Shown: positions 23,761-29,666 of the stretch, in pieces
How positions within the stretch are numbered: the first letter of the stretch is position 1
Layout: each line of letters starts with the position of its first letter
Source of the DNA: a virus
Lineage: Duplodnaviria; Heunggongvirae; Uroviricota; Caudoviricetes
DNA length: 29,666 nucleotides
Strand: one strand, 5' to 3'
IMG/VR virus record: IMGVR_UViG_3300009034_000003
Position numbers and translations under genes: made by a program
The notes under the pieces: model-generated
What the model was told of the DNA's origin: nothing
What the model saw: the letters and a program-made list of their open reading frames with translations, nothing else
Database searches by the model: none

Positions 23761-24371
23761 TGGCTAAGTTCTCCTGGGTGGATGTTCACAATTGGTCTGT
23801 TCGCTGGAGGGTGAGGCTAGGGCTGGGGCTGTTCCCAAAGCTCCCGACGCCGTCAACTCTGATTCCTACTTTGTACAACACGAGTACTTATGGGGACATA
23901 GGGAAGCTATCCGCTCCTGAGAGATTGCAGTACGTGTATGCAGAGATCCAACGTGGTGTTACCGAACGGTTCGACGGTGTTCTGAGGGATGTTCTTGCTG
24001 GGGGAGAGGAGGCACGGGAAATCAAGCAGATAGCCGATAACCGTGATATAGCAGCTCTTCCACGGTTTCTAGCACATCCGCACGAGCTAGTACGTCTCGC
24101 AGCTAGTTTACGCCTCAAGTACCTTCGTATGGGATTGTGCACTAGGATGGCAAAGGTTGTTGATTCTAAGATTCGGATTCTTTGCGGCATCCTGGGAATA
24201 GATAGAGGAGCGAGGATGTCCTATACAGTTGCAGCTAAAAAGCAGGCCAAGCGGTTTTTAATTAGGCGAGCTGACCTACATTGCATGCTGCGAGAGGCAG
24301 GTGCGGGTACTATGGTAGAGTACGCTGTAGCTAAGGCTAAAAAGCGGCTTAAGGACTACTGGAAAAATTGA
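23745..24371 (+). CDS. hypothetical protein with HEAT-like motif
   Basis: LPRFLAHPHELVRLAASLRL. Confidence 0.6.
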   Translation: MAEGVMAKFSWVDVHNWSVRWRVRLGLGLFPKLPTPSTLIPTLYNTSTYGDIGKLSAPERLQYVYAEIQRGVTERFDGVLRDVLAGGEEAREIKQIADNRDIAALPRFLAHPHELVRLAASLRLKYLRMGLCTRMAKVVDSKIRILCGILGIDRGARMSYTVAAKKQAKRFLIRRADLHCMLREAGAGTMVEYAVAKAKKRLKDYWKN

Positions 24372-24372
24372 T

Positions 24373-24633
24373 ATGAGCGATAGTTTTATATGGATGGATA
24401 TAGATGTGGGCTTTGCAGTAGAAACGGCTCGGAGTTTTTTCGCTCACTGGGACAAAGGAGTCAGTCTGGAGACGGAGCGACTCGAGGGTGTTGAAAGTCC
24501 TGACGCAGTACTAACAACGGCTGCCGAAATGAAGGAATTGAAGAAGTTAGATTTTCCATCCGTATTAACTCTAGCGGTTATATGGTGTCCTGGGGGATAT
24601 GCCACAGTATTTCGTGCGTATCCACTTGACTGA
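24373..24633 (+). CDS. hypothetical protein
   Basis: Abuts upstream stop. Confidence 0.55.
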   Translation: MSDSFIWMDIDVGFAVETARSFFAHWDKGVSLETERLEGVESPDAVLTTAAEMKELKKLDFPSVLTLAVIWCPGGYATVFRAYPLD

Positions 24634-24638
24634 TGCGC

Positions 24639-24715
24639 GGGCGCGTAGCTTAATTGGCTAGAGTGACGGTCTCCAAAACCGTTGGGTGTCAGTTCGAATC
24701 TGACCGCGCTTGCCA
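24639..24715 (+). tRNA. tRNA-Trp(CCA)
   Basis: ACGGT-CTCCAAA-ACCGT, GTCAG-TTCGAAT-CTGAC, G73-CCA. Confidence 0.92.
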
Positions 24716-24722
24716 ACTTGTT

Positions 24723-24986
24723 ATGAAGAGAATACCTATCAAGATTTTAGTTGACGACCCAGAGTGGCAGAAGCTACGAAAGTCTTTTCTCGGTACCTGG
24801 AAGGAGCAAATGGGGCCAAATCTTACCAAGTTGCGCGCTTATCTGGGAAAAAAGCCCTGGAGTGATGAGAATAGGCTGCGTCGAGTTCAGAATATGCTTG
24901 GGGCGCTAAAGCGTGGTGGCTTCAAAGATAGACGCATAGACAGTTTCTTAGAAGATGTTAAGCGTGCCCGTAGCTTAATTGACTAG
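24723..24986 (+). CDS. hypothetical basic protein
   Basis: ATG just after tRNA-Trp. Confidence 0.6.
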   Translation: MKRIPIKILVDDPEWQKLRKSFLGTWKEQMGPNLTKLRAYLGKKPWSDENRLRRVQNMLGALKRGGFKDRRIDSFLEDVKRARSLID

Positions 24987-25006
24987 AGTGCCGGTCGCGC
25001 TTGCCA
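24964..25006 (+). pseudogene. internally deleted chimeric tRNA remnant
   Basis: GTGCCCGTAGCT (identical to tRNA-Arg 5' end) + TAATTGACTAGAGTGCCGGT (near tRNA-Trp D arm) + CGCGCTTGCCA (identical to tRNA-Trp 3' end). Confidence 0.75.
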
Positions 25007-25293
25007 ATTCAATTGAGGTGTTGTGGATGCAATGGAGATTTGATCATCACGAGGAATGCTACTATATTAACTGGACTCAGATGGAGGTGAGAAAGAGCCG
25101 GGCTAGGCATTCGTTAAAAGGTAGGCTATGGGAACAAGAGTTGTATGAAACATGTGATACCCCTATGGGACGCTATTACGAGTTGTATAAGGATTTCCCG
25201 GAGGCGCTAGAGGCGTTAAAAAGAGGATTACGTAACAAAGTAGCCCTCGTTCAGGAAAGACTTCAGGAACTAGAAGTTGCTGTGTGCCCGTAG
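24979..25293 (+). CDS. hypothetical protein
   Basis: Co-oriented ORF; start uncertain; stop inside tRNA-Arg. Confidence 0.5.
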   Translation: MTRVPVALANSIEVLWMQWRFDHHEECYYINWTQMEVRKSRARHSLKGRLWEQELYETCDTPMGRYYELYKDFPEALEALKRGLRNKVALVQERLQELEVAVCP

Positions 25294-25359
25294 CTCAATG
25301 GATAGAGTAACGGACTTCTAATCCGTAGGTTGTGAGTTCGACCCTCACCGGGCACGCCA
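25284..25359 (+). tRNA. tRNA-Arg(TCT)
   Basis: GTGCCCG/CGGGCAC, ACGGA-CTTCTAA-TCCGT, G73-CCA. Confidence 0.93.
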
Positions 25360-25365
25360 TAAGTT

Positions 25366-25623
25366 ATGGAATTCAAAGAGTCACGACATGGAAGAAGAAT
25401 AAGGCATACCGAGCGAGTTATTAGGAACAGGTTACGGTTTCTCAAGGCAATGGGACCGGATGAGTGGTATAAGGTGCATCTTGGGGATAGGCACAGATTA
25501 GCTAAGAGGCACCCTTGGGATTGCGGTCGAAGCAAATGTCATATATGCCATCCCGAAAAGCTTTTTGGGCGACCGAAAGCCAAGAATATAATACCGAAGT
25601 ATGAATATGAAGAGATACCCTAA
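25366..25623 (+). CDS. hypothetical basic protein
   Basis: HPWDCGRSKCHICHPEK, putative Zn motif. Confidence 0.65.
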   Translation: MEFKESRHGRRIRHTERVIRNRLRFLKAMGPDEWYKVHLGDRHRLAKRHPWDCGRSKCHICHPEKLFGRPKAKNIIPKYEYEEIP

Positions 25624-26158
25624 GATATACAGGATTCAAATAGAGGGTTTTGTCAAGAGAGGAAAGTACTATCTTACTCCTGATGAAGTTACTCGTCTTC
25701 TTGATGGTCCAATTTGCGTCGAAGAGAAGATCGATGGGAAACTCGTGGAGTCACCTCAACATGAGCAAGAGGGTTATATTCTTTTTTACGAGAATGCTAA
25801 GCGAAGGCACACTGTAGAATACATGCAATTGCCAGCTTGGCTAATTGGTATTGATGTTTGGGATGGAGAATGTTTTCTCGGCCGGACAGACAGGGAAATA
25901 GTCTTTGGGGCGTTGGGCGTTCCTGTTGCTCCATTGCTTTTCAAAGGCTGTGTAAATAGTATTCATTCACTCATCACTTTCATAGGCCAGCCTTCAGCAT
26001 ATGGTGCTGAACGTATAGAAGGGATTGTTATCAAGAATTACAGCCAACAGATGATGGGTAAAATTGTTGATCCGGTTTTCGATCGCATAGTGGATACAGC
26101 AGGTCATCATCTGAAAAGGGCTTTTGTTAGAAACAGATTGGATTTGAGCTATGTCTAA
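25601..26158 (+). CDS. ATP-dependent RNA ligase, Rnl2-like (minimal nucleotidyltransferase domain)
   Basis: YPKI, motif I EEKIDG, FYEN, IGIDV, VPVAPLLFKG, motif IV EGIVIK, motif V GKIV. Confidence 0.75.
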   Translation: MNMKRYPKIYRIQIEGFVKRGKYYLTPDEVTRLLDGPICVEEKIDGKLVESPQHEQEGYILFYENAKRRHTVEYMQLPAWLIGIDVWDGECFLGRTDREIVFGALGVPVAPLLFKGCVNSIHSLITFIGQPSAYGAERIEGIVIKNYSQQMMGKIVDPVFDRIVDTAGHHLKRAFVRNRLDLSYV

Positions 26159-26450
26159 TGAGATGAAGGATTTTACGATTAAGCTGCGTTGCAACGAGGC
26201 TTTCTATCGGGCACTAGTGTTAATGCTTCGCTACGCATCGAAGCTTGGTTCCTGGGGTAGTTCAAGACTAGTTGCTATTTATTGTGACGGGGACGGGGCG
26301 GATCATATAAGAGAACTAGAGGTAAGCGAGCCCGTTCCCGAAAGCAAGAAGGGTATCTTAACGCTTGATAAGATAGCCGAAATGGGGCCACAGTGGTCTG
26401 ATGGCGACTTTTTCTTAGATACCGATGAGGTATTCAGTGGCGTGGAGTGA
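26151..26450 (+). CDS. hypothetical protein
   Basis: Co-oriented, overlaps ligase end. Confidence 0.6.
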   Translation: MSNEMKDFTIKLRCNEAFYRALVLMLRYASKLGSWGSSRLVAIYCDGDGADHIRELEVSEPVPESKKGILTLDKIAEMGPQWSDGDFFLDTDEVFSGVE

Positions 26451-26808
26451 GTTAACTCTCAAACAGAAAGTAGCTCTTGGTTTCCTTCGAGGATTTAGCT
26501 TATCACTACCGTATATGACGGATAAGCTTAATAGGACTGAGAGGAGCCTTCTGAGGCGAGGGTTAGTAACTTCCTGGCGCGCTTTTAGCCTCGTTTGTAT
26601 TTGTCTTACAGTGAAGGGTGAGGCTGTGGTAGCGAAGAAGCCGCCTATGTGGTGGATCCGGTTGTTGTGCGAACAAAATGTTCCGTCAGGTGTATGTCAC
26701 TTCGTTGAACAGTTGTCTATCGAGGAGCTATCACAATTTCTTGCTAGCGATTCGGGTCATGAGCGTTTTGCAGCACAACAACGTCTTAGGGAACTGTTAA
26801 AAGGGTGA
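26425..26808 (+). CDS. hypothetical protein with C-terminal HEAT-like motif
   Basis: LSQFLASDSGHERFAAQQRL. Confidence 0.55.
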   Translation: MRYSVAWSELTLKQKVALGFLRGFSLSLPYMTDKLNRTERSLLRRGLVTSWRAFSLVCICLTVKGEAVVAKKPPMWWIRLLCEQNVPSGVCHFVEQLSIEELSQFLASDSGHERFAAQQRLRELLKG

Positions 26809-26815
26809 GCGTAAT

Positions 26816-26890
26816 GGCGGGCGTATCTCAACGGTAGAGAGACTGACTGTGGATCAGTTTACGAGGGTTCGATTCCCTTCGCTCGCCCCA
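26816..26890 (+). tRNA. tRNA-His(GTG)
   Basis: G-1:C73, ACTGA-CTGTGGA-TCAGT, CCA. Confidence 0.93.
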
Positions 26891-26897
26891 ATGTTTC

Positions 26898-27188
26898 ATG
26901 AGGAGAATAGCAATGGACAAAGAACAAGGAGAGCTTTTAACAGTTCTGGCTTCTACTCCGCGCCTTGGGGTGCTGTGGTGGAAGCGAGAGACCTTCGACT
27001 GGTACAAGGCCCATCCCGATGAGATCTACAGTCGGAGTAGGAATCGCTATGTCGCAGCACTTATAGCTGAAGGTAACGTAGCTAGAATGGCTAGAACGTT
27101 AAGACAAGATAAAGAGAGAATAGAGAGATGGCTTGAGAAGTATGAAGAGTACAAGGGAAGGTATCCAAGTCCGGTTAAAGGAACCTGA
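26898..27188 (+). CDS. hypothetical protein
   Basis: GAGGAG RBS; stop inside tRNA-Tyr. Confidence 0.55.
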   Translation: MRRIAMDKEQGELLTVLASTPRLGVLWWKRETFDWYKAHPDEIYSRSRNRYVAALIAEGNVARMARTLRQDKERIERWLEKYEEYKGRYPSPVKGT

Positions 27189-27240
27189 CTGTAGATCAGG
27201 CGTGCAAGCTTCGTGGGTTCGAATCCCACCCTTCCCACCA
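27155..27240 (+). tRNA. tRNA-Tyr(GTA)
   Basis: GGGAAGG/CCTTCCC, CCTGA-CTGTAGA-TCAGG, long variable arm, A73-CCA. Confidence 0.93.
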
Positions 27241-27257
27241 TTAAGGAGTGATTGTAG

Positions 27258-27581
27258 ATGGCTGTCGTTTCACGGTTCGTGTTCTCTCAGTCAGATTTGG
27301 AGGATTATCTTGATCAAGTTAAAATACTGATCGCGGGTGCTCTAGTGACTAGCGGATTGGTCGATTCTGATGCTGCCGAGGAATGGTGTAAGAATCATAC
27401 GGTTATTATACGTGAGGTAGCTAGCAAACACCCTTTCCGTTCCATATTTTCCAGGTGGACCAAGAAGAAGTCAGAAGGGGGGCACTATATAATAGTGGTT
27501 AAAGCGATAGGGCAGCCCCAGATGGAAGAGGTACAGTCGATCGAGGCGGAGATACCTGTGGAGGAACCAACAGAAGGTTAA
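27258..27581 (+). CDS. hypothetical protein
   Basis: AAGGAG RBS. Confidence 0.65.
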   Translation: MAVVSRFVFSQSDLEDYLDQVKILIAGALVTSGLVDSDAAEEWCKNHTVIIREVASKHPFRSIFSRWTKKKSEGGHYIIVVKAIGQPQMEEVQSIEAEIPVEEPTEG

Positions 27582-27584
27582 ATG

Positions 27585-27704
27585 GAGAAGGTGGAAACAG
27601 TAACACCACAACCGATAGGAGCATATACCTGACGCAAATCGCGCCTTGGGCGCAGAGAGTAGAAATGTCACACAGGTAATTCTTTCAATAGTTTCCACCT
27701 TCTT
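27585..27704. ncRNA. long hairpin, possible divergent member of the 27.7-28.0 kb motif
   Basis: GAGAAGGTGGAAAC/GTTTCCACCTTCTT stem; inner GCGCC-TTG-GGCGC followed by AGAGAGTAG. Confidence 0.35.
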
Positions 27705-27713
27705 CTTGTTCTT

Positions 27714-27849
27714 GGGACAGGGGCTGCAATAGCAGCGAATATGGCTAACCTAGTTAGCTAGTTCATCGTCAAGTTCATCTAGTTCACTTAGCGCGTTGTG
27801 CACAACGCGCAGTAGTATGTTATGAGTAGCACCATGTAGCCCCTGTCCC
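27714..27849. ncRNA. unrecognised structured RNA motif, copy 1
   Basis: 15-bp stem GGGACAGGGGCTGCA/TGTAGCCCCTGTCCC; AGTTCA x3; palindrome GCGCGTTGTGCACAACGCGC; AGTAG...TATGAGTAGCACCA. Confidence 0.6.
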
Positions 27850-27878
27850 TTTCTTAGTGGTTTCACTTTTTTGTTCTT

Positions 27879-27980
27879 GGGGCAGGAACAACGACGAGTT
27901 CTAGCAGTTCTAGTTCACCCGGCGCGCTCTGCAAAGTGCGCAGTAGCACCCTATGAGCAGTATCACGTTGTTCCTGTCTC
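27879..27980. ncRNA. unrecognised structured RNA motif, copy 2
   Basis: 15-bp stem GGGGCAGGAACAACG/CGTTGTTCCTGTCTC; AGTTC x3; GCGCGCT/AGTGCGC hairpin; AGTAG...TATGAGCAGTATCA. Confidence 0.6.
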
Positions 27981-27997
27981 CTCTACGGAGATCTAGG

Positions 27998-28570
27998 ATG
28001 CGAGAGATGAAAGTTACTATAAAGGTATTCGGGGAGATGCAGAGCCTAGTGGATTCCCTCGGTGAAGAAGGAATTAGCGCTAAACTTGTTCGCGGAGGCG
28101 TTTTAATATCGCCGGACTACGATTCCGAAGTTGAAGGGTATATTATACCGGAGGAAATAGGTGACCGCGAACGGCTCTTTCTTATTGATTGTCATGAACA
28201 TGGTGGAGCAATGACCAACACAGGTAGTGCCACCATTGTTTGTAGCTATCGTGGGCTACCATTAAAGCCATATTATAGGCCGCGAAAAGGACACCTTTCC
28301 AACGGGATCCACGCTTATTTTAGTATTCCAAACGTCGTTGTTACGGTGACAGCTCATCGTAATGATACTAATATCTCGATTTCATCGCATAGGATCGTAG
28401 TAGAGAACGGTATTGTTGATATAGATAGCGTGATAATGTGGTCGGGCGAAGCTGAGTTTTTACCTGAGAAGTTTGACTGCTACGGAAACGCTGTAGCTGC
28501 TGCTATCAAGAAAAGCGATTGCTATCATTGTAGAGAGGCTCATTATGTGGAAAAGGTTACGGAGCACTAG
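27998..28570 (+). CDS. hypothetical protein
   Basis: ATG after GGAG; Cys/His-rich C-terminus (CYHCREAH). Confidence 0.65.
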   Translation: MREMKVTIKVFGEMQSLVDSLGEEGISAKLVRGGVLISPDYDSEVEGYIIPEEIGDRERLFLIDCHEHGGAMTNTGSATIVCSYRGLPLKPYYRPRKGHLSNGIHAYFSIPNVVVTVTAHRNDTNISISSHRIVVENGIVDIDSVIMWSGEAEFLPEKFDCYGNAVAAAIKKSDCYHCREAHYVEKVTEH

Positions 28571-29087
28571 TTCTACATGGCCGTATTATTTAGGCGGAGC
28601 TTTGGTAGCTGTGGACAATATTGCCGGAGAGGTATTGAATCATGAGGGGACATCGATAACTGAAATACGGGATAAACCCTATGAGAAGCCACCAGGCACT
28701 GCCCAATTCGCGCCATATGTGGAAGTGGTTGTGTCTACTTTGCTTAGTAGTAGGAAATCGTCAAGTGTATCTTTTAAGGCAAGGCTCGATACTGCTGCCG
28801 ATCTTACTTGTGTCCCACGAGCGCAGGCAAAGAAGCTAGATCCGTTGCTTTACGGTCGTCCGATATTGATAAGGCATTACAATGGCGATGTCGAAAAGGA
28901 ACATACTCGGAGAGTTATCATAGCGATTTGTGGTTATCCAGATGAGAAGCAAATGAGAACCTATCGACTAGAAAAAGGGGTGCTTTTGACTGATTCTGAT
29001 ATAGGGTTAATTGGCATGGATATTCTTAAGTATTGGGATATACGGCTGGACGGCGTTACAAGAAGATTTTCTGTAGAGCGTTTGTAA
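28545..29087 (+). CDS. retropepsin-like (clan AA) aspartyl protease
   Basis: RLDTAADLTCVP ... LIGMDIL. Confidence 0.7.
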   Translation: MWKRLRSTSSTWPYYLGGALVAVDNIAGEVLNHEGTSITEIRDKPYEKPPGTAQFAPYVEVVVSTLLSSRKSSSVSFKARLDTAADLTCVPRAQAKKLDPLLYGRPILIRHYNGDVEKEHTRRVIIAICGYPDEKQMRTYRLEKGVLLTDSDIGLIGMDILKYWDIRLDGVTRRFSVERL

Positions 29088-29107
29088 TGTATTGGAGGAG
29101 ATTTTGA

Positions 29108-29356
29108 ATGCACGTTCTAGTAGCAATACCTGTGGCAATGATCTTTATCATGCTTTGCGCTGTTGCCGCCTATATTATAGGGCTATTCGGTATAGGGGTA
29201 CTGGCGCTCATTGAGAAGCTCGGCTACCCTATAATGATTCCAGCGCTCCTTTTGTTTATAGGTTTGATTGTTTATACTATTACTCGTATTCGTAGGCGGC
29301 GGAAGGTGGTATTAGCAGAAGAGGAGGCGTTTGATAGGGGAGAAAGAGGAGTTTGA
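29108..29356 (+). CDS. small membrane protein
   Basis: Two hydrophobic segments followed by RRRRK; GGAGG RBS. Confidence 0.65.
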   Translation: MHVLVAIPVAMIFIMLCAVAAYIIGLFGIGVLALIEKLGYPIMIPALLLFIGLIVYTITRIRRRRKVVLAEEEAFDRGERGV

Positions 29357-29358
29357 AA

Positions 29359-29666
29359 GTGGATGAGCGGAGATTAACTACATTTGACGCACTGGTGGCA
29401 GGTATTATGGATAAGCCACTGATTGAGTTTCCTTATTCGGCAGATAGGGAAATGGTAGATGCTGACTACGAGTTTGAGTATATCGGGGCCGAAGCGGTAA
29501 AAGAGGCTATAGAGAGAGGCAAGGTTGTAAAGAGTAGCAACTATTACGGTATTCCTAGGATCTGGAGAGAAGGAGATTCAGAAGAAAAGACAAGGTTCGG
29601 TATTATTGATCTGGGGATCAACGCTCCTACTAAGTCTATGAGAAAGAGGTACAGGGTATTTTTAAC
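29359..29666 (+). CDS. hypothetical protein (3'-truncated by window)
   Basis: GTG after GAGGAG; frame open to window end. Confidence 0.5.
   Translation, partial: MDERRLTTFDALVAGIMDKPLIEFPYSADREMVDADYEFEYIGAEAVKEAIERGKVVKSSNYYGIPRIWREGDSEEKTRFGIIDLGINAPTKSMRKRYRVFL

Noticed and set aside
26883-26889. TCGCCC near 26.9 kb as a Y RNA 3' strand
   Set aside because: It is the acceptor strand of tRNA-His.
27600-27660. c-di-GMP-I riboswitch (GACGCAAA)
   Set aside because: The P2 GAAA tetraloop/receptor and GGCAAACC context are missing.
30-27698. Minus-strand ORFs throughout the window
   Set aside because: All are shadows of well-supported + strand genes, with no motifs or RBS.
27755-27920. GTTC repeats as LexA boxes
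   Set aside because: Spacings (8, 5, 5, 2) fit neither GTTC-N7-GTTC nor GAAC-N4-GTTC.

Overview
Segment of what looks like a large bacterial phage or prophage genome. All credible genes are on the + strand, with sigma70-like promoters and GGAGG ribosome-binding sites. The left half (1-16.7 kb) holds recombination/repair genes (gp32-like SSB, RecA, SbcD with a two-part SbcC), a NusG paralogue, a GHMP (HddA-like) kinase, QueD/QueE, a radical SAM protein, a DHH phosphoesterase, a 3D-domain protein and a methyltransferase. The main result is at 16.8-21.3 kb: a tandem array of 13 Y-RNA-like genes directly upstream of a Ro60/Rsr (TROVE+vWA) gene, followed by a strong terminator. Each unit has the Ro60-binding bulged helix (GGGCCG...TCGCCC, with compensatory variants) and a GGTTAY motif, but a different internal cargo. 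Five cargos are circularly permuted tRNAs opened at different points, including an apparently complete permuted tRNA-Phe(GAA) with CCA. The right part has canonical tRNAs (Glu, Leu-AAG, Trp, Arg, His, Tyr; Asn lies inside the array), an anticodon-less tRNA mimic, a chimeric tRNA remnant, a short Rnl2-like RNA ligase, and a duplicated covarying hairpin motif I do not recognise. All structures were paired by eye; no folding or database search was run.
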